From an uncultured Candidatus Altimarinota bacterium (GTDB lineage: Bacteria > Patescibacteriota > Gracilibacteria > BD1-5 > UBA6164): 64,000 nucleotides of DNA. Under the pieces are notes generated by a model. It was not told where the DNA came from, did not search any database, and worked only from the letters and a program-made list of their open reading frames with translations. Positions 33,910-44,416 of this stretch are shown here, piece by piece (the stretch's first letter is position 1; each line of letters starts with the position of its first letter). The DNA is taken from positions 9,916 through 73,915 of the forward strand of contig CALLPL010000036.1 in the NCBI GenBank assembly GCA_938015455.1, in the 5' to 3' direction. Made by a program: the position numbers and the translations under genes.

Positions 33910-34464
33910 TTATTTACAAAAACAATCTACTGTATGATCATCAATAACTCCAACTGCCTGGAGATAGGCATACATGATAGTTGTCCCAACAAAGCTCATT
34001 CCTCTGTGCTTGAGATCTTTTGATATCGCGTCTGAGAGCTGCGTGGATACTGGGACTTCGTTGAGGGTTTTTGGATGATTCACTATTTGTTTTCCATCTA
34101 CATAGTTCCATAGGTACTTTGAGAAACTTCCATGTTCTTTTCTGATTTCTATAAATGTTTTTGCATTTTTTATAGCTGAGGCTACTTTGAGTTTATTTCT
34201 GATGATTCATTCATTTTGAAGGAGCTCTTGGACCTTCTTTTCGTCATATTTTGATATTTTTTCATAATCAAAACTGTCAAAAGCTGCTCTGTAGTTTTCT
34301 CGTTTTTTAAGGACTGTCTCCCAGGAAAGACCTGCTTGTGCTCACTCGAGGATGAGAAACTCAAAGAGAACAGTGTCATCATGTACTGCTCTTCCCCACT
34401 GCTCATCATGGTACTTTACATAGAGTTCATTATTCAGATTCGTCCAAGCACAGCGAGTTTTCAT
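33910..34464 (-). CDS. tag: DNA-3-methyladenine glycosylase I
   Basis: CAWTNLNNELYVKYHDEQWG, LILEGAQAGLSWETVLKKR, GIIRNKLK, C-terminal DDHTVDCF. 184 aa. Confidence 0.88.
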
Positions 34465-34470
34465 GTGTCT

Positions 34471-35343
34471 TTATATAAATAGTAATATAGAAATAATTGA
34501 TAATATTATAACTATTGCTTTCTTCATATTAAAATGTTCTCAGTAAAATACAATAGAGAGAATTATAGGAATAAGAATATAAAAAGAATTAATAGTAAAC
34601 ACTATAGCAAAGTTTCATTCTAATGCTTTTGCGAAGAAAAAATATGATGCTATATGAGTGATTCATAAAACGGTTACAAACAATGTTAAGCCTTTACTAT
34701 TATACGTTTTTCCCTGAATATTTTTCTCATAGAGGTAGGATACCCATGAGAGTAACATCCCTATGGTAAAAGTCATAAAGATAAACAAATCTAGAGAATA
34801 CTCATAAAATGCTACTATCTTTGCACTTGCAACTCCTATCGTCGAAAACAAAACAGTTATTAATAAAAAGATCAGCCCCTGGGACAAATTCTTTTGTATC
34901 TTATTTTCTGTCTTCGTTAAGAGCATGAGAGGAATGCATATACCAATAACTATTCAGAGAGCCTCTTTAAAGGAAAGATATTCTTTAAATACAAATATAC
35001 TGATCATAGTAACCAGTATCGGTCAAAATGTTTTGTATAAGGGAAAGAAGATAACTGTATCAATATTCCTGAGACTCTTTATTCTTGTAAGAACTGATAA
35101 GTTATAAAACAAAGCATTTAAGAAGGCAAAAATACCTACGAATATCAATTCTTCTTTTGGAAATATGATTCAAGTACTTGTAAGATAATATACATATCCT
35201 CACATAAGAATAACTCCTAAGAGGTAGCCTAAAGCGTTCACAAGATTTGGGCTATAATTTCTTTCGATAACGACTTTAAACATAAAGCTATGTACCCCTG
35301 CAGCTAATGCTGAGAGTAAAGCGTAAATAATCCAGGTTTGCAT
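34471..35343 (-). CDS. EamA/DMT-family transporter, paralog 1 of 4
   Basis: 290 aa, about 10 TM segments. MQTWIIYALLSALAAG.., RNIDTVIFFPLYKTFGPI, C-terminus FYGEHFNMKKAIVIILSIISILLFI. Confidence 0.7.
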
Positions 35344-35348
35344 GATTT

Positions 35349-36212
35349 TTAAATAAATAAGAGTATAGAAATAATTGAAAGGAGTATCACTACTCACTTT
35401 TTAAAATTGAAATGTTCTCCATAAAATATTATGGAAAGCATTATTGGGATAAGCAAAGAGAAAGAGTTTATGGTTGTTGCAATAGCAAAGTTTCATTCTA
35501 AGGCTCTAAAGAATGAAAAAGAAGCTCATATAAAAAAGAATCATGAAATAACTGAAAATGTAAATATTCATTCTTCATTATAGAAAACCTTTTTTTTCTG
35601 ACTTTTATAGTATCAATAGGCAGAAAACACTACCCCAAAAAAGAAAGAACAGCTTAAAAACAAATTTATATCAAGGCCAATAGTTACTCAATATTTTTGA
35701 ACTGTTCCTGCTAAAGCAGTCAACACAGAGGTGGCAAGCATAAATATACATCATCTATAGAGATTTCTTTGAATACGATTTTCCGTTTTCGTAATTAAGA
35801 GTAGAGGTATAGATATTCAACATAAAATACCGAGTCACTCCTTAAAGCTCAGGGATTCATTAAAGAATCATAGACTTATGCAGGTTACAATTATTGGTCA
35901 AAAAGCTTTGTAAAGAGGATAAAATATCATTCCATCTATATTTTTCATACTCTCTACACGCGCATGTATGGACATATTATAAAATCCCACAAGAAAGAAT
36001 CCAAGGAGAACTGCTAAGAGAGTTTCTCTTATATCTGATTGAAATCATCCTAAAAACAAAAATACCGAAAATGATATTATGAATCCTATCAAATACATAT
36101 ATAAATTTGCCAGATTTGTATCATAGTTTTTTTCAGCGATCACCTTGAAAGCAAAACTATAAAATCAGGCAAAAAATGCTGAGAGTAATGAGTAAAATAT
36201 CCAAGATTCCAT
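35349..36212 (-). CDS. EamA/DMT-family transporter, paralog 2 of 4
   Basis: 287 aa. MESWIFYSLLSAFFAG.., KNIDGMIFYPLYKAFGPI, FYGEHFNFKKGVVILLSIISILLFI. 5-nt spacer to paralog 1. Confidence 0.7.
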
Positions 36213-36217
36213 AAAAT

Positions 36218-37084
36218 TTAGATAAACAGTAATATAGAAACTATTGAAAGGGCTATAACAATCCCCTTCTTAAGATTGAAGTGTTCTCAATAAAATATTA
36301 TAGAAAGAATAATTGGGATAAGAATAGAAAAAGAATTAATTGTATATGCTACTGCCAAGTTTCCTTGCATAGACATATTATAGGTATAAAAAGCAAAAAA
36401 ATGAATTATTCATGAAACAACAATAAATTTACTAATTCCTTCAGTTTTGTATTTCATCCTCTCTTTTCGATGATGAATCTTGTATCAAAAATATGAAAAT
36501 ATGATTCAAACAAGTGCAGAATACACAATAAATAAATCCATATTCACTAAAAGTACATTTGCAAGTTTTGGAAAAACTGATGCTATAGAAGCCCAAACAG
36601 CAGTGACACAGAGAAAAAAGATTCAGCGAAACAGATTCTTCTGAATTCGTTTTTCGTTTTGATTTATTAGAAGAAGAGGGATAGATATTCCTACAAGGAT
36701 TCAGATTATTTCTAATAATTCTAATGACTCCCTAAAGTATAAAACGCTAATTATAGTAACAATTATTGGCCCAATCGTTTTATATATTGGATAAAAGATA
36801 ACAGTATCTATATTACGAAGAGCATCAACTCGTGATACAACAGATAAATAGTAGAATCAAATATTCCCAAAGGCAATACTAAAAATAAGTCCGTTTTTTC
36901 CTAAGTCCCACTCATAATTTCATACGCATATATACCAAATAAGTGATATGCAAAAAGTAACGGTATAGGAGTAAGTCGTAACAACATACATATCATACTC
37001 TCTCTGAGCAATAACCTTATAAAGGAAATTAAATACTCCCCCAACAATTGCTCACAGGATAGCCCATATTATCCAGCTTTCCAT
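36218..37084 (-). CDS. EamA/DMT-family transporter, paralog 3 of 4
   Basis: 288 aa. MESWIIWAILGAIVGG.., RNIDTVIFYPIYKTIGPI, FYGEHFNLKKGIVIALSIVSILLFI. 5-nt spacer. Confidence 0.7.
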
Positions 37085-37088
37085 AGAT

Positions 37089-37964
37089 TTAAATAAAGAG
37101 TAATATCGAAACTATTGAGAGAGCAATGACTATTCCTTTTTTGAAGTTAAAGTGTTCTCCATAAAACAGTATAGAGAGTATTATTGGAATAAGGATAGAA
37201 AAAGACTGCAGAGTAAATACGATTGCGAGATTTCATGCCATAGCGTGTATAAAAAAGTACATCCCCCCAAAATGTAAAAGTCATAGGATACACCAAAAGT
37301 ATAAGGGAGCTTTTTGCTTCTCTTCTGAGTTTGTGTTATCCTGCTGCTTTTGGAAAAATAGTATCGCTTGAGACAAAATAGTTCCAATTAGAAAACCGTA
37401 CAGTAAAAATGTATCTATATCTAAATTATAAACATGTGCTATCTTTGGCATAGAAGATGCAATCACTGAAACCCCTGCCGTTATAGCTATGAATATAAGT
37501 CATTTAGATAGGTTCTTTTGTATTTTATTTTCTGTTCGTGTTATAAGTAAAAGAGGGACAAAGACTCATACTCATATACCAAGAGCTTCTCGAGGATTTA
37601 GTGATTCTTGAAATAAAAATAAACTTATGAGAGTTATAATAATAGGAGATATTGTTTTATATATAGGATAAAAGATAACAGTATCTATGCTCCTTAAACT
37701 TATTCACCTTGTTATAATTGAGAGAGATAAAAAAGATATATTTATAGTCGTCAGAATTATAAGAAAGGTCGAAGCATTAGATATTACCTCATATAATTTT
37801 CACTGAAATAGTAAAATTCATGAAAATAGTAGGAAACTTATGGCATTTGCATAAAGGTAAAAAAGATTTATGTCGTACTTTTTCTCTACAATTATCTTTA
37901 CCCCAAAATTCGCAAGCCCTACGAGAATTGCAGATAATAGTGCATAAAGTATCCAAAATTCCAT
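37089..37964 (-). CDS. EamA/DMT-family transporter, paralog 4 of 4
   Basis: 291 aa. MEFWILYALLSAILVG.., RSIDTVIFYPIYKTISPI, FYGEHFNFKKGIVIALSIVSILLFI. 4-nt spacer. Confidence 0.7.
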
Positions 37965-37968
37965 AGGG

Positions 37969-38859
37969 TTACTGATTTTTTGTTATATGGTGCATTGCAA
38001 CAATATCCTCTACTGAGCAGCCTCTAGAGAGATCATTTGCTGGCTTTGCGAGTCACTGGAGCGTTGGACCAAGAGCGACGGCTCACCCGAGTCTCTCTGT
38101 GATTTTATAAGCGATATTTCCTGAATCAATATCTGGGAATATGAAAACATTAGCTGGTTCTTTGAGGGTTGTTTTAGGATTCTTACGAAGACCAATTTCT
38201 GGTATGAGTGCCGCATCAAACTGTATTTCTCACTCGATAGGAATGTCTCAAAGTCCTTCGTCTTGTAGTTTATTCCTGAGTAAGTCGGTTGCTTCTCTAA
38301 CTTTGAGGACCTTTTCATGCTCACCTCAGCTTCACGCAGTTGAAAATGAGAGCATAGCAACTCGAGGTTCTATACCATATTTTAGAGCGCTTTGCACTGT
38401 GAGAAGTCATATCTCAGCGAGCTGTTCTACTGTTGGATCTATTTGTATTCCTCAGTCGCTATAGAGGAATAACTCCTCCTCTCGACCGAAGAGAAAGTGT
38501 GATGAAAGTCTTTTTACTCCCTGCGCTGAACCTACGTTCTTTATAAGGGCTTTAACGATACCAGAGGTTGTTGTAATATTTCCTCATAGAAATCAATCTA
38601 CTTCCCCATCTGCGAGTTTTTTTGCTGCAAAAACCTCATTTTCTATTTCGTCAGGAACTTTAAAATATTCAAGCCCCTCATCAATAAGCTTCTTATATCT
38701 TTCAAGTTCATCTGATTTTCAGCAAATTACAGGATTTTCTCAAGCATCTTTGAGTTTTGAAACAGCTTGAAAAATTCGTTCATCATCAATATCAGGATAA
38801 ATTATTTTATATTCTTTATTTTTTTCAGAGAGATTCTTGAGAAGTTGCGTGAGATTCAT
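37969..38859 (-). CDS. pta: Phosphate acetyltransferase (short form)
   Basis: DGFLGGNITTT, YSDGGIQIDP, PRVAMLSFSTAGSG, FIFPDIDSGNIAYK, ANDLSRGCSVEDIV. 296 aa. Confidence 0.82.
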
Positions 38860-38918
38860 AATAATACTTTAGAAAATATTATATGAGTATATGTAAAAAT
38901 TTCAAGGAACCAAAAGCT

Positions 38919-40430
38919 CTATTTTTGAATACTCTTTCTATAAAAGAGGGACCAAGCAAAGAAGAGGAGAATAAACATACCAAACGCAAAGAAGAATCCA
39001 CCATATCAAGCAACCGAGAGTATAAATCATCCAAGTGAGAGTCCTACAACATTCGCAAGATTTTGGAGTATCTTCATCGGAGCAGCTGAGGCATTTGCAT
39101 CTATTTGCTTCAATTTTTTCCGTTCTGCATGAGTAATATTATAAGACTCTAAAAATGTTGCTACTGAGAGGCTCATACAAATAGAGTAACCAACAGAATT
39201 TACAAGCGCAAGGGATATAACCATCATCATATTTAAACTCGCAACAAACATAGACATGATTACGAGTGATGAACCTGAGAGCATGAGTCCGATCATTGCT
39301 ATCTTATAAACTCCTACTTTATCTGCCATCTTTCAAAAGAAATCCTGAAGTCCGAATGCTGGAATCGCTATAAGTCCCAGGAGAATAAAACTCCATCACT
39401 GTTTAAGCTGTTCTAAAAATTCAATAAGAAATGTTGAAGCAAAAGTATCCCAAAAACCAAAGGTCAGGAGCATAGTAAAAGACCAAAATACAATCATATA
39501 TCGACCCTTTGCATATAAGAGTGTCCCCCATATTTCCTTAAAACTTTCACGCGTCTTTGTTATCATCTCAGTAGCTGTGATCATATCGTCCGAGATCTTA
39601 ATAGGATTTAGGAATATATACCTGGTACCTTTAAGGGCTTTTTTAATATCGAGATTACTTACTACCTGTGTCACATTTTCTTTTGCCTTTTCAAGTGTTT
39701 CTTTCTGGAAATAAAGTTGAAATTTCTTTACTTCGTGCATATTGAGAGTGGTCTTTGAATTATCAAAGAAGTGTCTCATGATGAAGAACACTACCAGGAT
39801 AATAAAAATGATCTGAATAATTATGAGCTTTGGTGAAAAGGTTAAAATAAATCATGCAATAAGAAGTCCTAGAAATGATCAAATACCAAAAAATAAATTA
39901 TTTCTAGCAATAATAGATTTGTACTGATCAGGGTTAGCATTACTCAGTACATAAGATATAGTGGTAATATCGTTTACTTCTTTTGTAAATCAGTAGCAAA
40001 GTGCTGCAATTACCATAAGCAACATATTCATACCATCAAAGAGAAAGAAACTCACTACTCCTTGTAATATTCAGCTGTTATCTACTACTGGTGACGCGAT
40101 GAAATCTGTTATAGAAAATATAAAGTTTCCAAAGATCATAATCGCTATGAGCTGTGATACTACTCAAAAGAGAAAAAGTTTTTTTGCTTTAAAGTAGTAC
40201 TGCAGGATCCCTATAGGAACATCAAAGAGAAAGGCAAAGAAGTTCCCAAGTCATAAAAATATTCATACTAAAACAAGTGACTCTAACTGAAGTGTAAAAA
40301 AGTATACCGTCGTAAAATGAAACAGCATGGTCGTAAAACTCAAAAGACCAACAGTAATATGAAGATTCATCCTTCTATTTCCATCTAATCCTCCATCCAC
40401 AGATACCAATACTTGTTTCTCACTGGGCAT
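38919..40430 (-). CDS. MFS-type transporter (503 aa)
   Basis: About 12 TM segments with a large central loop. Translated without TAA/TAG. Assignment is by topology only. Confidence 0.5.
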
Positions 40431-40596
40431 TTTCTGTCTTTTATGAACAAATAAATATATCTATATTATACTAACATATGCTCACAAGATCATCAAAAAA
40501 AAGGCCTTTACACTAGCTCATATCTAGGTATTTAATGTTTTTGTAATTTTTTAAAAGATATGTTACTCTAAAGTTATATATTTATTAGATTTTTAT

Positions 40597-41910
40597 ATGC
40601 CAAAGGACGAGTCACAGCAAAACTTGAGTGAAGAAGAGCTAAAAGAGGCTGTCATCGCTGAAGAACAAGAGCGAGAATATCAATCTGATAGCTTTAAAAA
40701 AATTGAATCGCAGGTAAAAGACTGACTTGCAAAGCAAGCAACCGATGATGTACTTAGGGATATCTCTGTTGGAGCAATGTTTATATGAAGCTCTGATGTT
40801 CATTACGAGTGTTTTGAAGAGTATGTCGTTGTGAGGTTTCGAATCGATGGAGTTCTCGTTGATATTTTTAGACTTACACATGCTCAGTATAAAAAGATAG
40901 TAGAGAGACTCAAATACTCATCAAACCTCAAGCTTAATATTTCAAATATTCCTCAAGATGGGAAATATTCTCTCAAGATAGAGGAAAACAAAAAAATAGA
41001 TGTCAGAGTTTCTACTCTTCCTATAAAATATTGAGAAAATATTGTGTGTCGTATACTTGATTCCAGTAAAGCAGCAATAGATTTCGAAGACCTATGATTT
41101 TTCTGGACTTCTAAAAGAATGCTCAATAAAGCTGTAAATAAAAAAAGCTGACTCATACTCGTAACTGGGCCAACTGGTTCTGGTAAGACTACCACGCTCT
41201 ACACGATGCTCAACAGACTCAATACGCGAGATAAAAAGATAATCACCCTCGAAGATCCAATAGAATATGAACTCGAATGAATAGTCCAAGGAGAGATAGA
41301 TGAAAAAAATGGATTCACATTTCACACAGGACTCAAAGCCTGCCTCAGGCAAGATCCTGATGTCATCATGGTCTGAGAGATACGTGACCTTGATACACTC
41401 CAAACTGCTACGGCAGCCTCTCTTACAGGTCACCTCGTACTCTCGACGCTCCATACAAAGTCAGCTGCAGATACTCTTGATCGTATTATCAATATGGGTC
41501 TCGCTCCCTACATTCTTGCCTCGGCTCTGGATACCATCATAGCTCAGAGACTTGTTCGCCGGATATGCCCAGATTGTAAAAAAATCAAAGAAAAAACTCC
41601 TCAGGACGTTGCAATCATAGAATCTATGATGAAGGAAACAGGTATGTCCGTCCTCCCAACGGAGCACATGAAACTCTATGAAGGATCAGGATGTCCGGAG
41701 TGTAACAACTCGGGCTTCAAATGACGAATTGGTATCTATGAAATCATCACTCTCACAGAAAAGATTCGTGATATCATTCGAAAGTGAGGATCAGTAGAGC
41801 AAGTTATCCACGAAGCTCGAAATGGTGATCTCATCATGATGAAGGAGGACGGTATCCTCAAAGCTCTTAAGGGATATACGACTATTGGGGAAATACTGAG
41901 AGTGGTATAA
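40597..41910 (+). CDS. Type IV pilus / type II secretion ATPase (PilB/GspE family)
   Basis: Walker [20 protein letters not shown], Walker [26 protein letters not shown], zinc motif CPDC...CPEC, GRIGIYE. 437 aa. Confidence 0.9.
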
Positions 41911-41943
41911 AAATTTGATTTAAAGTAGCTATCAAATACTTCT

Positions 41944-41970
41944 TTGCAGGAGTATTTTTTTTGCTATAAT
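41944..41970 (+). promoter_or_regulatory. Sigma70-like promoter (TTGCAG-N15-TGcTATAAT)
   Basis: Extended -10 TGcTATAAT at 41962-41970, 30 nt before the ATG at 42000. Confidence 0.5.
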
Positions 41971-41999
41971 ATTCATATTATCTATATATCATAAAGATC

Positions 42000-42545
42000 A
42001 TGCCTAAGCCCTTCAAACTTATATCATCTGAACTAAAATATGAGAATCCTTGGCTTTCCTTGAGGGAGGATAAAGTTATAAGGCCTAACTGAGATGAAGG
42101 TATTTTTGGTGTGGTAAAAATGCTTCCTTGATCATCTGTTGTTGCTCTTGATAAAGATGGAGACATCTATCTCTCTAAAGAATTTAAGTATGGGACAAAT
42201 GAAATTTCTATAGAAATATTTAGTGGGGCTTTAGACGATGATGAAGAAGCTATAGACGCAGCAAAACGTGAACTTGAAGAGGAGTTATGAATGACAGCCA
42301 GTGTATGGACTCCACTAGGATATATAAATCCTTTCACAACAGTTGTAGATAGTCCTAACCATATATTTTTAGCCCAGTGACTTACAAAAACACAGCAAAA
42401 TCTTGATCCAGGAGAAGAAATAGAGATAATAAAGCTTCCATTAATAGATGCATATAATATGGTCATGAATTCTGAAATAACTCATGGCGCATCATGCATT
42501 GCTATACTAAAAACATTTTTTCACTTAGAAAAGCATAAAAAATAA
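42000..42545 (+). CDS. Nudix hydrolase (ADP-ribose/NDP-sugar pyrophosphatase-like)
   Basis: NPWLSLREDKVIRPNG, FSGALDDDEEAIDAAKRELEEELG (Nudix box). 181 aa. Confidence 0.75.
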
Positions 42546-42555
42546 CAAAGCTCCT

Positions 42556-43122
42556 ATGTTCACCGGTATCATCGAAAAAAAATCTAAGATTCTCAAGATA
42601 GAGGATTCTCGCTTCACTGTAGAGAATTGTTTTAGAGATGAGTTAAAACTCGGTCAATCAGTTGCGCATGATGGGGCTTGTATGACTTTAGAGAAAATTA
42701 AAGATGGTAGTTATAGTTTTTTTGTGATGGAGGAAAGCTTTAAAAAGCTTAATTTTCACGCGAAACGAGTTTGAGAATATTTCAATACCGAGAGGAGTCT
42801 AAAAGCTGACGATAGAATAGATGGGCACTTTGTGAGTGGACATATCGATACAACTGGAGAAATAATTACTTATGAAAGACTTGATGATAATTCGCTTATT
42901 CTCGGAGTTTCATTTGCAAAGGAACATTCTAAATATACTATAGAAAAATGATCCATAGCTCTCAACTGAGTGAGTCTGACAATAATAGATGTATCATCGT
43001 GATATATTTCTGTATCACTTATCCCTCTCACTCAGGATTGGACAAACCTCTGAGATCTCAAACTCTGAGATCTTATAAATATCGAGTTTGATATGCTAGG
43101 AAAATATATACTAAATAAATAA
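42556..43122 (+). CDS. ribE: Riboflavin synthase alpha chain
   Basis: MFTGIIE, GQSVAHDGACMTL, DGHFVSGHID, KGSIALNGVSLTI, NIEFDMLGKY. 188 aa. Confidence 0.9.
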
Positions 43123-43126
43123 TACT

Positions 43127-43576
43127 ATGGCTGAATATACTCAGGAACTAGGAAATATTTCAAATATACCTAAAAATATTGATGTAGCATTTATTACTGC
43201 TGATTTTAATAATCAATATACTGATAAAATGGAGGAAGTCGCTGAAGAGCTTCTTCATGAAAATCATTTTCGGAATATTAAGAAATTTCGTGTTCCTGGA
43301 GCATTTGAAATTCCTGCTATGATCGAACGTATTATGGAAAAGTGAACCTACGATCTTATATATTGTTTTGGGGTAGTAGTTCGAGGATCAACTACACATT
43401 ATGATTATGTGTGTAATGAAACTGCGAGAGGGATTATGGATGCGAGTCGCAAATACCCTACTCCTATTATCTTTGGACTCTTAACCTGTGAAAACTTCGC
43501 ACAAGTAGAGGAAAGAATTAACTCAAACCTCGCAATCTCTGGTCTCAATCTCCTCTCTACTACTCTTGATATATAA
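43127..43576 (+). CDS. ribH: 6,7-dimethyl-8-ribityllumazine synthase
   Basis: VPGAFEIP, FGVVVRGSTTHYDYVCNE, IIFGLLTCEN. 149 aa. Confidence 0.88.
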
Positions 43577-43579
43577 TTC

Positions 43580-44323
43580 ATGATTCAAAAACTTATAGGT
43601 GAAGTAATACATGGAAATAAACTTGGAAGAACTATAGGGTTCCCAACAGCTAATTTGTCTTATTCAGAGATAGATATTTCTGATAGTGTTTTTATTATCA
43701 ATATTATCATTGACCATAAAATACATCGAGGAATTTGAGCAAATATGGTCAAGAAATGAATTTTTGAGGCTCATATCTTTAATTTTTCTGATGATATTTA
43801 TGGAAAAGAAATAGAAATAATTCTTCTTAAAAAGATTCGAGACAATAAAAATTTCAACTCTCTAGAAGAAATAAAATATCAAATTCAAAAAGATCGGGAC
43901 TTTGCAACAGGCTTAGAACTCAACGTACTTACATTTTGAAGCTTTGATGTTATACATGAATGACATAAGTACTATCTCGCAGAAGCTAAAAAATGTGGGA
44001 CAAATCTAATAACTATAATTGCTACAGATAGCAATATTAAAAAGATTAAATGACATTCCCCTCAAAATTCTCAGATTCAGAGATTCAAAGAAATCTCAGA
44101 ACTCTGAATCTCTGATGAAGTATATATGGGCAGTGAGGATCATCCTATGAGCTGGGTTCATAAATTCGTTCCACATGTTATTTGTCTCTGATATGACCAA
44201 TGGTGAAATTTTGTTGAAGATCTCCCAGAAAAAATTTCAGAACTCTGACTTGAAACTGAAATAAAGAGAATTCCCTCCTTTCATCCAGAAAAATTTAAGA
44301 GTTCTCTCTTAAAACAAAAATAA
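43580..44323 (+). CDS. Bifunctional riboflavin kinase / FMN adenylyltransferase with reversed domain order (RFK N-terminal, cytidylyltransferase-like FMNAT C-terminal)
   Basis: N-terminal GEVIHGNKLGRTIGFPTAN...EAHIFNF..DIYGKEIEI (RFK). C-terminal LTFGSFDVIHEGHKYYLAEAKKCGTNLITIIATD (HxGH nucleotidyltransferase). 247 aa. Confidence 0.7.
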
Positions 44324-44361
44324 AGCCCCTACTTGGTTCACAGAGAGATAACTTCTTATCA

Positions 44362-44399
44362 AAAGGCCATAGTTATTTTTAAGAATAACCATGGCCTTT
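44362..44399. terminator. Bidirectional terminator hairpin between convergent genes
   Basis: aaaggccatagttatt-tttaag-aataaccatggccttt, a 16-bp stem with one mismatch, flanked by A/T runs. Confidence 0.7.
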
Positions 44400-44416
44400 A
44401 AAAAATACTTTTTGAA

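Noticed and set aside
34471-37964. Regularly spaced ~870-nt repeats that could suggest a repeat array or CRISPR-like structure
   Set aside because: The period equals full-length EamA genes and the units are diverged coding paralogs. There are no short direct repeats with spacers.
42546-42555. Expected FMN riboswitch ahead of ribE
   Set aside because: Only 10 nt separate the upstream Nudix stop from the ribE ATG, and no RFN-like element is visible upstream of 42000 either.
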